Positions 49,173-58,871 of a stretch of DNA of 64,000 nucleotides are shown piece after piece; position 1 is the stretch's first letter; the number at the start of each line of letters is the position of its first letter. Origin of the DNA: a virus. The notes under the pieces were generated by a model. The model was not told where the DNA came from. It was given only the letters and a program-made list of their open reading frames with translations, and searched no databases. The position numbers and the translations under genes were made by a program. The DNA is taken from the IMG/VR virus record IMGVR_UViG_3300022752_000022, positions 1 to 64,000 of that record. One strand, given 5' to 3'.

Positions 49173-49270
49173 TCCCAGGGATGGGAACTAGGCTGGCATC
49201 CTAGTCAAATCTGCCAAATCGCTACGCCTTCGGGGTAGTATTTCAATTTTACTCGCTTAATAAAGGAGAA
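49173..49270 (+). ncRNA. Candidate structured 5' leader of hsp20
   Basis: TCCCA-GGGA-TGGGA hairpin; ACTAGG/CCTAGT stem whose loop TGGCA can pair with downstream TGCCA; C(TTCG)G hairpin. Confidence 0.5.
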
Positions 49271-49274
49271 CGTT

Positions 49275-49769
49275 ATGACTTTTGTACCACAATTGCCAGC
49301 AGCATTCAAAGACTTTGACAAATTCTTTGTCGGCTTTGATGACACCTACAATAGGTTGTCAAAACTACACGATGACGTAACAAAAAATATTCCAAACTAC
49401 CCACCATACAACATTCGCAAAGTAGAAGATAACAAATACGTTATTGAACTTGCGGTTGCTGGTTTTTCTAGTTCGGATGTTGAAATCACTTTTGAAGATA
49501 ACAAACTTATCATTTCAGGTAAGACACACGACGATTCAGAAAATTTCTTGTTTAAAGGAATTGCAAATCGTGCATTTACTAGAACATTTGCTCTTGACGA
49601 TCAAATCGTTATTGACAATGCTGAAATGATGAATGGTATGCTCAAGATTGCTCTAGAGCGTATCATTCCAGATCATAAGAAGCCTCGGAAGATTGAAGTT
49701 AAAAACGGCGAAAGTAAGTCTTCATCAAAGAAACAGTTGCTAGTAGAAGAAGATGATTGCAATCTTTAA
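49275..49769 (+). CDS. hsp20: Small heat shock protein (IbpA-like)
   Basis: NYPPYNI, IELAVAGF, KGIANRAFTRTF, NGMLKIAL..PRKIEV motifs. Confidence 0.94.
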   Translation: MTFVPQLPAAFKDFDKFFVGFDDTYNRLSKLHDDVTKNIPNYPPYNIRKVEDNKYVIELAVAGFSSSDVEITFEDNKLIISGKTHDDSENFLFKGIANRAFTRTFALDDQIVIDNAEMMNGMLKIALERIIPDHKKPRKIEVKNGESKSSSKKQLLVEEDDCNL

Positions 49770-49893
49770 GATCATCACCGATTACTTCATGAAAGCATCT
49801 AAAAACTATATTGAAGCATACTTAGCCAAATCTGTAGACAGAGCAGACTTTGCTTACAGAGAAAATCAACTCAAATATAAAGGCATTCTATGA
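49753..49893 (+). CDS. Small protein, DUF3563-like
   Basis: Hand translation MIAIFKIITDYFMKASKNYIEAYLAKSVDRADFAYRENQLKYKGIL; EAYLAxSVD motif. Not in the ORF track. Confidence 0.5.
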   Translation: MIAIFKIITDYFMKASKNYIEAYLAKSVDRADFAYRENQLKYKGIL

Positions 49894-50009
49894 AACAATA
49901 CTGGAATAAATTTATATCATGGCTTGAAGCGATCGGAGAAGCAAGGGCTGCAACCATAGCAGCACGTTATGGAAAAATTCAAGAGGCGAAAAATATAATG
50001 ATGAAGTGA
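49890..50009 (+). CDS. Small hypothetical protein
   Basis: Hand translation MKQYWNKFISWLEAIGEARAATIAARYGKIQEAKNIMMK; ATGA-coupled to the previous ORF. Confidence 0.5.
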   Translation: MKQYWNKFISWLEAIGEARAATIAARYGKIQEAKNIMMK

Positions 50010-50017
50010 TTTTCAAG

Positions 50018-50037
50018 AGGGGGCTTGCAAGCCCCCT
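50018..50037. terminator. GC-rich perfect palindrome, probable terminator
   Basis: AGGGGGCTTGCAAGCCCCCT. Confidence 0.65.
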
Positions 50038-50076
50038 TATACATAGTGTTGTCATCAACTACAACAGGAGACAGCC

Positions 50077-50289
50077 ATGACAAAGCATGAATATGACGAA
50101 TATCTTGAACATCTCCGTGGCGAACATCGCCAACTAGACAAAGCAATTTCCGTTCTTGAAATGGATCCTCAAAAATACTATGAAGCAATCAGTGAACTCA
50201 AAAAGAAAAAACTCAGACTTAAAGATGAAATTTATTTGAAAGAAAGGAATTATCATGACACTACGAATCCTCAGACTCTTAACGGGTGA
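50077..50289 (+). CDS. DUF465/YdcH-like coiled-coil protein
   Basis: HLRGEHRQLDKAI..ELKKKKLRLKDEI motif. Confidence 0.75.
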   Translation: MTKHEYDEYLEHLRGEHRQLDKAISVLEMDPQKYYEAISELKKKKLRLKDEIYLKERNYHDTTNPQTLNG

Positions 50290-50551
50290 AGAAGTAGTTG
50301 GCGATATAACAAACGAAGATGCAAATCATTATACAATAGAAAATCCATGTAGTCTAGGCCTTGCTATGACACAATCTGGTAAGCCTGCGTTGAACATGCA
50401 ACCTATGCTGATATTTTCTGAGCAGAAGGTGGTTAAAATTAACCGGCAGCATGTCATGTTTGATGTGAGTGTTGCAATTGAGATTCAAAACAAGTATAAT
50501 GAGATATACGGTTCTGGAATTGTTGTTGCTAAAGGCAAACTTATTACATGA
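50255..50551 (+). CDS. Sm-like hypothetical protein upstream of gp43
   Basis: ILRLLTGEEVVGD..YNEIYGSGIV motif. Confidence 0.7.
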   Translation: MTLRILRLLTGEEVVGDITNEDANHYTIENPCSLGLAMTQSGKPALNMQPMLIFSEQKVVKINRQHVMFDVSVAIEIQNKYNEIYGSGIVVAKGKLIT

Positions 50552-53037
50552 CAAAATTTTATACCAATTTTGCAAGATGCGGTAATCAGATTCTTGTCCG
50601 TGGTTATGAAGATAAAGTTAGATTCAAAGATAAAATTGAATACAGCCCAACGCTTTATATACCATCACGAACAAGGACTGATTATCGGACCATTGAAGGA
50701 TACTTTGTTTCTCCTGTAGAACAAGGTACAATGCGTGACGCCTCTGAATTTATTAAGAAGTATGAAGAAGTAAAGAACTTCAAAGTTTACGGCACAACTA
50801 ATTACCATTATGCTTATATCAACGAAGCATATCCTGGTGAAATTGATTATGATCCATCATTAATTAAAATTGCAAACATTGACATTGAAGTCGGATCAGA
50901 AAACGGATTCCCTGAGCCAGCTGATGCTGTTGAACCAATCACGGCCATCACATTCAAATGCGATGGTAAGATTCAAGTGTTCGGCTTAGGCGATTTCAAC
51001 AATGATCGTGACGATGTATGGTATCAAAAATGTAAAGATGAAGCATCATTGATTCTTCGGTTTCTTGAAGAATGGGAGTCAACAGCACCAGATATCATTA
51101 CTGGTTGGAATATTCAATTTTTTGATATACCATACTTGTACAATAGAATCTTTAGATTGTTTGGTGAAACAACTGCTAAACGCCTTTCTCCATGGAGACT
51201 CATCGGCGAAAGAACTACAACAATCAATGGTAAAACACAAACAGTCTTTGAATTGACTGGTATCGCTACACTTGATTACTTAGAGATGTATCGAAAGTTT
51301 ACATATTCGCAACAAGAATCATATCGGTTAGATCACATCGCAAACGTTGAACTCGGTGAAAAGAAACTTGACTACTCCGAATATGAAAGTCTTCATCAGT
51401 TATATAAATTAAATCATCAAAAATTTATTGAGTATAACATCAAAGACGTTGAACTTGTTGATCGGCTTGAAGATAAGATGAAGTTGATTGACATGGTTCT
51501 TGCGCTCGCATATGACGCAAAAGTCAATATCACCGATGTGTTCACGCAGGTGCGAATGTGGGATACGTTAATTCATAATCACTTGATGGACAAAAAGATT
51601 GTTGTACCTCAAAAAGTCAATACCAATAAAGATGCTCAGTATGCAGGTGCTTATGTAAAAGAGCCGAAGATTGGTATGTATGATTGGGTTGTATCGTTTG
51701 ATCTGAACAGTCTATATCCACATTTGATCATGCAATACAATATTTCACCTGACACAATTATAGACGGTGAACACTACTCAGTCACGATTGATAATTTATT
51801 AGATCATAATAAGTCTTATCATGGTGAACATTGTATGGCGGCAAACGGACATTTGTTCAGGCGAGATAAACAAGGCTTTCTGCCTGAGATGATGCAAATG
51901 ATGTATGATGATCGGTCTAAGTATAAGCGATTGATGATTGAATGGCAAAAGAAGAAAGAGATTGCTAAGAATGCTGATGAAAAATTTGAATGCGAAAAAC
52001 AAATTTCAAAATATAAGAATCTTCAATTGGCCAAAAAAGTGCAATTGAACTCCGCTTACGGCGCACTTGGCAATAAATATTTTAGGTTCTTTGATATTCG
52101 GCAAGCAGAAGGTATCACGCTCTCTGGTCAGTTATCTATTCGTTGGATTGAAAACAAACTCAATGAGTTTATGAACAAACTGATGAAGACTGATAACCAA
52201 GATTATGTAATAGCATCTGATACAGATTCCATTTATCTAAACTTAGGTCCCCTTGTATTCAAAGTTTGGTCAGATAAGTCATCGTCAGAAATCGTGGAGC
52301 TTATCAATAAAGCATGTGAAACAAAATTTGAACCATTCATTGATAAATCATACCAAGAACTTGCAAACTACATGAATGCATTTGACCAGAAAATGCAAAT
52401 GAAGCGTGAAGTCATTGCAGACAAAGGTATCTGGACTGGTAAGAAGCATTACATTCTAAACGTCTATGATTCTGAAGGTGTTCGCTTTGTTGAACCAAAG
52501 ATGAAGATCATGGGTATTGAAGCAGTCAAATCTTCAACGCCTGCTGTATGCCGTGATAAAATTAAAGACGCTTTAAAGATTGTAATGAAAGGTGATGAAT
52601 CTGAATTGCAAGACTACATTGCAAATTTTAGAACAGAGTTTCATTCACTATCATTTGAAGATGTTGCATTTCCTAGAGGCGTTTCTGGTCTAACTAAATA
52701 TCGTGACGCAAAGGATCTTTATGCAAAAGGCACACCGATTCATGTTCGTGGCGCACTTGTCTATAATCATTTGTTAGAAAAGCACAAACTGACAAAGAAG
52801 TATCAGACAATCAAAGAAGGTGAAAAGATTAAATTCTGCTACATGAAGACGCCGAACTCATTCCAAGAAAATGTGATATCTATTGCAACAGTTTTGCCTA
52901 AAGAATTTGGCATTGAACAGTACATTGATTACGATACACAATTTGAAAAGACATTTGTTGAGCCGTTGCGTAACATCATTTCAACTATCAACTGGACTAC
53001 AGAATCAGTTGCATCTCTGGAGAGTTTTTTCGCATGA
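50548..53037 (+). CDS. gp43: Family B DNA polymerase gp43
   Basis: DIEV exonuclease I, SFDLNSLYPH, KVQLNSAYG, SDTDS motifs; uninterrupted. Confidence 0.98.
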   Translation: MTKFYTNFARCGNQILVRGYEDKVRFKDKIEYSPTLYIPSRTRTDYRTIEGYFVSPVEQGTMRDASEFIKKYEEVKNFKVYGTTNYHYAYINEAYPGEIDYDPSLIKIANIDIEVGSENGFPEPADAVEPITAITFKCDGKIQVFGLGDFNNDRDDVWYQKCKDEASLILRFLEEWESTAPDIITGWNIQFFDIPYLYNRIFRLFGETTAKRLSPWRLIGERTTTINGKTQTVFELTGIATLDYLEMYRKFTYSQQESYRLDHIANVELGEKKLDYSEYESLHQLYKLNHQKFIEYNIKDVELVDRLEDKMKLIDMVLALAYDAKVNITDVFTQVRMWDTLIHNHLMDKKIVVPQKVNTNKDAQYAGAYVKEPKIGMYDWVVSFDLNSLYPHLIMQYNISPDTIIDGEHYSVTIDNLLDHNKSYHGEHCMAANGHLFRRDKQGFLPEMMQMMYDDRSKYKRLMIEWQKKKEIAKNADEKFECEKQISKYKNLQLAKKVQLNSAYGALGNKYFRFFDIRQAEGITLSGQLSIRWIENKLNEFMNKLMKTDNQDYVIASDTDSIYLNLGPLVFKVWSDKSSSEIVELINKACETKFEPFIDKSYQELANYMNAFDQKMQMKREVIADKGIWTGKKHYILNVYDSEGVRFVEPKMKIMGIEAVKSSTPAVCRDKIKDALKIVMKGDESELQDYIANFRTEFHSLSFEDVAFPRGVSGLTKYRDAKDLYAKGTPIHVRGALVYNHLLEKHKLTKKYQTIKEGEKIKFCYMKTPNSFQENVISIATVLPKEFGIEQYIDYDTQFEKTFVEPLRNIISTINWTTESVASLESFFA

Positions 53038-53432
53038 CTACGATACCGCAAGAATATTTAGGACTGAGAACATCAGAAGATTTTGGTTTCAGTGCAATAG
53101 ATGAAACTGAAGTCAAACAAACTGTCAATGAAAATACATTGGAGACAACCGTCATTCGTGAAGTTGTTTCTACTTCAAACGAAGCAGTTACAAGAATTGA
53201 AGCGAAAATGGACCAAATTCTATCATTATACAATGATGGTAAATTGGGGCTTGATGCAGAGCGAAAGCAAATGCAAGAAGATGTCAGAGGTAAATTGACT
53301 GAACTTGAAAAATTGATTATGCCTTTGTTAGTGAATCTCATGAAAAATCCTGATAAAGAATATATCTATTGGCCAAACAGAAAAGAAAAGATTCAAGAAC
53401 AAATTGATAAAGTGTTATCACTGACGAGATAA
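53034..53432 (+). CDS. Conserved hypothetical protein
   Basis: DFGFSAIDE..LIMPLLVNLMKNPDKEYIYWPNR motif. Confidence 0.7.
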   Translation: MTTIPQEYLGLRTSEDFGFSAIDETEVKQTVNENTLETTVIREVVSTSNEAVTRIEAKMDQILSLYNDGKLGLDAERKQMQEDVRGKLTELEKLIMPLLVNLMKNPDKEYIYWPNRKEKIQEQIDKVLSLTR

Positions 53433-54172
53433 TGTTCACACTTCTTCTATTCTTCACCGCTATAGGTATATCAGCGGTTGCAGCGTATTTTTCTATTGTA
53501 GGTTTGATATCAATCTTTACAGCAAGCCCTATAGCAATCGCAATCATGGGAGGTTCACTTGAACTTGGTAAACTTGTCACAGCATCTTTTCTCTATCGGT
53601 ATTGGTATAGTATTCACATTACTTTGCGGATTTACTTCACTACTACTGTTATCATTCTTAGTATCATTACTAGTCTTGGCATTTTTGGTTATTTGTCTCA
53701 GTCTCATTCTGGTTCAGGTGTGGATTATGTTACCAATTCTACAAGAATCGACAACCTTAACGAGAGACTTTCTATTGAAAAAAATAGACTGGAGATTCTA
53801 CTTAAGCAATCTGCTGGATATGCTCAACCCAATCAAAAATTGGAGCGACAAATTTCAGATACGCAGAACAAAATCGAGATTTTAACCAAAGAGATTCTAC
53901 CGCTTAAAGTAGAGAAGAACAAAGGCAATGCTGAAATTGGTGCGATCAGATATGTCGCTGAGTTGATTTATGGTAAGAATGATTTTGATACGATAGAAAA
54001 AGCTGTACAATGGATCATTATTGTGTTAATATGTGTCTTTGATCCACTTGCTATTCTATTATTGATCGCAGCAAATCATACACTTAAAATACGAAATTCT
54101 GGTGTAACAACCATTGAGCCGATTGCAATGGATGAAGAGAAACTGAAAAACGTTACGAAATTTGGAGATTAA
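53432..54172 (+). CDS. Membrane protein with coiled-coil loop
   Basis: Three N-terminal hydrophobic segments (SAVAAYFSIVGL, LELGKLV, TSLGIFGYLS), a coiled coil, and a C-terminal TM (VFDPLAILLLIAAN). Confidence 0.75.
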   Translation: MFTLLLFFTAIGISAVAAYFSIVGLISIFTASPIAIAIMGGSLELGKLVTASFLYRYWYSIHITLRIYFTTTVIILSIITSLGIFGYLSQSHSGSGVDYVTNSTRIDNLNERLSIEKNRLEILLKQSAGYAQPNQKLERQISDTQNKIEILTKEILPLKVEKNKGNAEIGAIRYVAELIYGKNDFDTIEKAVQWIIIVLICVFDPLAILLLIAANHTLKIRNSGVTTIEPIAMDEEKLKNVTKFGD

Positions 54173-54175
54173 TAT

Positions 54176-55072
54176 ATGAGCAATTTTTTCACATCTTTGG
54201 TGGAACAGTTGAAAGATGAAGATACGAAAATTCTTGCGGATGGTGGTGCGTCTGCTGAGTACACTGGTTGTATTGACACTGGATCTTATGCTCTTAATGC
54301 TCTACTTAGCGGTAGTATTTATGGCGGTGTTCCTAATAATAAAGTAACAGCATTTGCAGGCGAATCTGCTACTGGTAAAACTTTTTTTGTCTTGGGTGTT
54401 GTCAAACGATTTTTAGATGATCATCCTGAAGGTGGTGTGATTTACTTTGATACTGAAGCAGCAGTCACCAAGAACATGATGGAATCAAGAGGTATTGATA
54501 CAAAACGTGTAGTCATCTCTGAGCCTGATACAATTCAAAAGTTTAGACATACAGCGTTACAAATTATAGAAAAGTATTCTGCACAGTCTAAAGATAAACG
54601 AAAGCCTATGATGATGGTGCTTGATTCTCAAGGCCAATTATCTTCAACGAAAGAAATGGAAGATAGTTCAGATGGTAAAGAAACACGAGACATGACAAAA
54701 TCTCAGTTGATCAAAGCAACGTTTCGTGTTCTTAATTTGAAACTTGCAAAGATCAATGTGCCACTCATTGTAACGAATCATGTGTATGATGTTGTTGGAT
54801 GTGCATTGGCAGGAACTAAAATTCAAACTATAGACAAATTAAAAAATATTGAAGATATTTTGGTTGGCGATTATGTAAGAACCATGGTTGGAAATAAAAA
54901 AGTAACTCAAACTTTTAAGTATGAGTGTGACCATTATTATGAAATCGAAATGGAAAATAATTACAAATATTATTTGACTGAAGAACACAAATTAATGATT
55001 CAAGATGGAACATGGAAAAAAGTAAAAGATTTAACAGTAGAAGATGTTGTCATTAATGTCGGAACTATTTAA
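54176..55072 (+). CDS. uvsX: UvsX recombinase N-terminal part (208 aa) fused to split-intein N-half (90 aa, 54800-55069)
   Basis: AGESATGKT Walker A, FDTE, VLDS; TNHVYDVVG|CALAGTKI is intein block A and LTEEHKL is block B (TxxH); then a stop. Confidence 0.93.
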   Translation: MSNFFTSLVEQLKDEDTKILADGGASAEYTGCIDTGSYALNALLSGSIYGGVPNNKVTAFAGESATGKTFFVLGVVKRFLDDHPEGGVIYFDTEAAVTKNMMESRGIDTKRVVISEPDTIQKFRHTALQIIEKYSAQSKDKRKPMMMVLDSQGQLSSTKEMEDSSDGKETRDMTKSQLIKATFRVLNLKLAKINVPLIVTNHVYDVVGCALAGTKIQTIDKLKNIEDILVGDYVRTMVGNKKVTQTFKYECDHYYEIEMENNYKYYLTEEHKLMIQDGTWKKVKDLTVEDVVINVGTI

Positions 55073-55681
55073 TATTTTTCTGAGATGAAAATAGGAGTAT
55101 GGTGATTTGTTTGAAGCCTCTCTAATAGAATCATATATGATACCATCAACAGATATTTTCTTAGATTTTGGACTATTTTTTCTTTTAGCAATTTTAGAAG
55201 ATTCTGTTGACATGGCGTTTTTCCATTTATCTGATTTTTTTCTCGCATCAGATAATTTTTGAGACATATTATTTTTTATATAATTTTCTCTCATTAATTC
55301 TCTTAAATTTTCATCAATATGTCTATTTTGAAATTTTTCATTTTTCCAAGCAAGTTTTAATGACTCGGATATTTTTTGCTTATGACTATCAGTAATAATT
55401 TGTTTTTTTCTGGATTCTCGTATCTTATTAATCCATTTTTCTTTTCTGCTTGAATTTAAGAGAAATTTATTAAATCCATTATTAGCTAATAATATGCGTT
55501 CTTCTTCAGTCATTTTTCTACCAGAAAGACATTCCCAAGCAATTTTGTCTTCGATTTTTCTATACTTTTCCCAAAGAATTCTATGCGCTTCTGCGTGTTC
55601 TTCTATAGTTAATTCTACTAAATTCTCTGAATCATCTGATCCACCCATATGTTTTGGGATAATGTGATGAATATGTTTCAT
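55031..55681 (-). mobile_element. Free-standing HNH homing endonuclease
   Basis: HIHHIIPKHMGGSDDSENLVELTIEEHAEAH N-terminal HNH domain; C-terminal ISVDGIIYDSIREAS NUMOD1-like DNA-binding motif; AT-rich. Confidence 0.88.
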
Positions 55682-55715
55682 AGATGTGTTCGTTTTACTA
55701 TATTGTAGACATGAT

Positions 55716-55723
55716 TATTTATA
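55716..55723 (-). promoter_or_regulatory. T4-type late promoter driving the HNH gene
   Basis: + strand TATTTATA = TATAAATA on the - strand, ~35 nt upstream of the HNH start. Confidence 0.75.
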
Positions 55724-55740
55724 AAAAAGGAGTTTTTAAA

Positions 55741-56298
55741 ATGACTAGTGGTTTAAAAATTAAAAACATTAAAAAAATTGAGTGTGAAAATACTTCAGTT
55801 TTTGATTTTGAAGTTGAAGATGCACATCATTATATTCTAGAGGATGGCACAGTATCTCACAATTCTTATGTGCCAACGAAAGAAATGAGTGGTGGTTCAG
55901 GTTTGAAGTATACAGCATCCACAATTATATATCTTTCAAAGAAGAAAGAAAAAGACGGCACTGAAGTGATTGGTAACATTGTAAAAGCAAGATTGTATAA
56001 GAGCCGATTGACTAAGGAAAATAAAGATGTGGAAGTCAAAATCACCTATGACAAAGGGTTGGATCGACACTATGGTCTCCTCGACATCGCAGAAAAATAT
56101 AACATACTCAAAAAAGTATCAACACGATACGAATTACCAGACGGATCAAAAGTATTCGGTAAAGCAATCAACGACAATCCAGAAAAGTATTGGACCAAAG
56201 AACTCCTGGATATGATTGATGAAGTATGCAAGAAAGAATTCATGTACGGTCAACTTAATGAAATACCAGCTGAGGAGTTAGATAATGAAACTGAATGA
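55741..56298 (+). CDS. uvsX: Split-intein C-half (41 aa, 55741-55863) fused to UvsX C-terminal part (144 aa)
   Basis: AAGGAG RBS; [35 protein letters not shown]|[16 protein letters not shown] (intein blocks F and G, then the UvsX continuation). Confidence 0.93.
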   Translation: MTSGLKIKNIKKIECENTSVFDFEVEDAHHYILEDGTVSHNSYVPTKEMSGGSGLKYTASTIIYLSKKKEKDGTEVIGNIVKARLYKSRLTKENKDVEVKITYDKGLDRHYGLLDIAEKYNILKKVSTRYELPDGSKVFGKAINDNPEKYWTKELLDMIDEVCKKEFMYGQLNEIPAEELDNETE

Positions 56299-56593
56299 AG
56301 ATTTTAAAATAACCGACTACGATCACACCGTAGCGAATACCGCAGTTTTAGAATTAATCGGTGGTGTTCATGATGGTGTTAAATTCTATTTCGGTACAAT
56401 GAGCGTTGAAGAAGCTAATGATGAGGGCATTCTTCATTTTGAATATAGCACAGTCGGCGACTATGAAAAGACTTTGACAGAGCAAGACAAAGCTGAGTTT
56501 GACAAAATGATGGGCGATGTAGTATTATCTATTCTTATGGATAACCTTGAAAAAAGAGAACACGAGAATGCGAATCGAAAACAAGATTCTTAA
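56285..56593 (+). CDS. gp40-like head assembly protein
   Basis: Small acidic protein between uvsX and gp41, as in T4. Confidence 0.55.
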   Translation: MKLNEDFKITDYDHTVANTAVLELIGGVHDGVKFYFGTMSVEEANDEGILHFEYSTVGDYEKTLTEQDKAEFDKMMGDVVLSILMDNLEKREHENANRKQDS

Positions 56594-57956
56594 ACACTTA
56601 CTACTAGACGAAGACTTTACACGCAAAACATTACCATTTCTGAAGAGTGAATATTTTCATGACGGTGCAGACAAAACACTCTTCACACAAATCAACGACT
56701 ATATCATTAAGTATAACACACTGCCTACATACGAAGCATTGGTTATAGAGATTGACAAAAAGAACTTAACCGAATCCTTATACAAAGAAACGATAGGAAG
56801 ACTTGATGAGATTGTTCAGAATAAAGAAACATCTGATACCAAATGGCTCATTGACACAGCAGAGTCCTTCTGTAAAGACAAAGCTGTCTACAATGCTATC
56901 ATGCAAAGTATCCAGATTCTTGACGCAAGTAGTAAAGGCACACTGGACAAAGGGAGCATTCCTACTCTTCTTGCTGACGCTCTATCAGTTGCTTTCGATA
57001 ATCATATCGGTCATGATTTCCTCGATGATGCCGATCCACGGTACGAGTTTTATCATAAAATAGAACAGCGAATTCCTTTTGATCTTGATTATCTGAATCG
57101 CATCACGAAGGGTGGTCTACCAGAAAAAACGCTGAATATTATTTTAGCTGGCACTGGTGTCGGAAAATCCTTGTTTATGTGTCATTGTGCAGCATCTAAT
57201 TTAACTCTAGGCAAGAATGTCCTGTATATTACACTTGAAATGGCCGAAGAACGAATTGCAGAGCGAATTGATGCTAATTTATTGAACATTGATTTAGATA
57301 AGTTGATCGCATTACCGAAAGAATCTTATTTGAAAAAGATAGAACGATTAAGATCCAACACTACAGGTAAACTAATTATCAAAGAGTATCCTACTGCAAG
57401 TGCGAATGTTTCTCATTTCAAACATTTACTCAATGAGTTGAAACTGAAAAAGCAGTTTATACCAGATATCATTTACATCGACTACCTGAATATTTGTTCA
57501 TCTTCACGCATCAAACAAGGATCCAATGTCAATTCTTATACTTATGTCAAAGCGATTGCTGAAGAACTTCGTGGATTAGCAGTTGAAACAAAGGTGCCGG
57601 TGATCTCGGCCACGCAAACCACGAGAGGTGGCTACGATAATTCTGATGTCAGTCTAACAGACACTTCGGAGTCATTTGGATTGCCGGCCACGGCGGATTT
57701 GATGTTTGCTTTGATTTCGACTGAGGAGTTGGCTGATTTGAATCAGATCATGGTCAAACAGTTGAAAAATCGCTACAGTGATCCGACGACAAACAAAAGA
57801 TTTGTCATAGGGGTTGACAGGGCGAAGATGAAGCTGTATGATGTAGAACAAGTGGCTCAGAACGGTTTGATGGACAACGGGCAAGTAGATAAACCAGCAT
57901 TTGACAGCACACCGACGGGCAAGAAGACTTCTAAATTTGATGGTTTTAAGATGTAA
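56568..57956 (+). CDS. gp41: Replicative helicase gp41
   Basis: [40 protein letters not shown] motifs; uninterrupted. Confidence 0.97.
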   Translation: MRIENKILKHLLLDEDFTRKTLPFLKSEYFHDGADKTLFTQINDYIIKYNTLPTYEALVIEIDKKNLTESLYKETIGRLDEIVQNKETSDTKWLIDTAESFCKDKAVYNAIMQSIQILDASSKGTLDKGSIPTLLADALSVAFDNHIGHDFLDDADPRYEFYHKIEQRIPFDLDYLNRITKGGLPEKTLNIILAGTGVGKSLFMCHCAASNLTLGKNVLYITLEMAEERIAERIDANLLNIDLDKLIALPKESYLKKIERLRSNTTGKLIIKEYPTASANVSHFKHLLNELKLKKQFIPDIIYIDYLNICSSSRIKQGSNVNSYTYVKAIAEELRGLAVETKVPVISATQTTRGGYDNSDVSLTDTSESFGLPATADLMFALISTEELADLNQIMVKQLKNRYSDPTTNKRFVIGVDRAKMKLYDVEQVAQNGLMDNGQVDKPAFDSTPTGKKTSKFDGFKM

Positions 57957-57958
57957 CT

Positions 57959-58189
57959 TTGATCATGACATTCAATCCATTACATAAAGTCGGTTACAGT
58001 GCGTGTACCGGTGCAGAAATGTTCCTTGTAAAAGATACATACTATGTTGTTTTTGAACAACAAGTCGTAGCATTTTCCAAATTTAAAGAAGACTGTTTTA
58101 TGAAAATGCTTGATAAAGACTTGATTGGAGAAGTGTTGCGTAAAAACAACGTGATGTTGACAAAGAACGTTTATTCAAGTATCATGTAA
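57959..58189 (+). CDS. Hypothetical protein
   Basis: ORF track only. Confidence 0.4.
   Translation: MIMTFNPLHKVGYSACTGAEMFLVKDTYYVVFEQQVVAFSKFKEDCFMKMLDKDLIGEVLRKNNVMLTKNVYSSIM
58134..58185 (+). promoter_or_regulatory. Early sigma70 promoter with upstream palindromic box
   Basis: TGTTG cgtaaaaa CAACG (58134-51), then TTGACA-17-TATCAT. Confidence 0.75.
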
Positions 58190-58215
58190 GTATGATTAAA
58201 AGTGGAGAAATTGAC

Positions 58216-58359
58216 ATGGCTGAGAAAGAACTTTTGATTGAGTTTTATCGTGATTTTATTGCATCAATCATTGACACAGGTGATTTAGAATTATTCCTAA
58301 AGACGATGAATGAAGAAGTTGAAATGCTGATGCCTCCAAATGGTGAAACGATTCACTAA
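58216..58359 (+). CDS. Small acidic hypothetical protein
   Basis: GGAG RBS; MAEKELLIEFYRDF...NGETIH (47 aa, hand-translated). Confidence 0.5.
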   Translation: MAEKELLIEFYRDFIASIIDTGDLELFLKTMNEEVEMLMPPNGETIH

Positions 58360-58485
58360 TATGATAGAATACATACTGAAATATGATATTGCTATGAGGC
58401 TCTGGAATGCTTACTCTAGCATCAATATGACATTGACTGAAATGTTTTTACCACCAACCGTATTATTAATCGTACTATATTTTAT

Positions 58486-58836
58486 ATGATTATACACTCA
58501 CCGACCAAATTCAGGGGCAAGAAGAAGTGGTCCTCCGCTGACGCAAAGCGAAAGGATGCTGAACTTCAAGCGGAGTGGCAAGAATTCTTAAGCAAAAATC
58601 AGCCCACCATGAAGACTGTAAAAAAGTCTACATACACGCCTCCAAAGACTTATGTCCGTGATTTACCAGTCTATCCAAGTCACTCCACCACGCTACCAGC
58701 CACTTGCACAAAGCCGGTTGAGGGTAAAGTGTACACTGGCACTAAAATGATCGGCATAGGGACTCTCCACAAGTCCAATGCAGTGCCTATCTTCAGCGAA
58801 GAGGAAGCTAAGGATCAAGCGACGATGCGCCGATGA
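58486..58836 (+). CDS. Conserved T4-like hypothetical protein
   Basis: YTGTKMIGIGTLHKSNAVPIF..ATMRR motif. Confidence 0.7.
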   Translation: MIIHSPTKFRGKKKWSSADAKRKDAELQAEWQEFLSKNQPTMKTVKKSTYTPPKTYVRDLPVYPSHSTTLPATCTKPVEGKVYTGTKMIGIGTLHKSNAVPIFSEEEAKDQATMRR

Positions 58837-58838
58837 AT

Positions 58839-58846
58839 TATAAATA
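58839..58846 (+). promoter_or_regulatory. T4-type late promoter
   Basis: TATAAATA upstream of ORF 58872. Confidence 0.8.
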
Positions 58847-58871
58847 GTCCATTCAATCACTGGATGGACTA

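Noticed and set aside
55072-55741. Group I intron, ribosomal bypass or assembly error as the cause of the uvsX and 58872/60044 interruptions
   Set aside because: Each half carries the proper intein blocks, each C-half has its own strong RBS and ATG, and no intron core was recognisable.
50548-57956. Inteins or introns in gp43 and gp41 (also gp17), which are common hosts
   Set aside because: All are continuous, of normal length, and lack Hint motifs.
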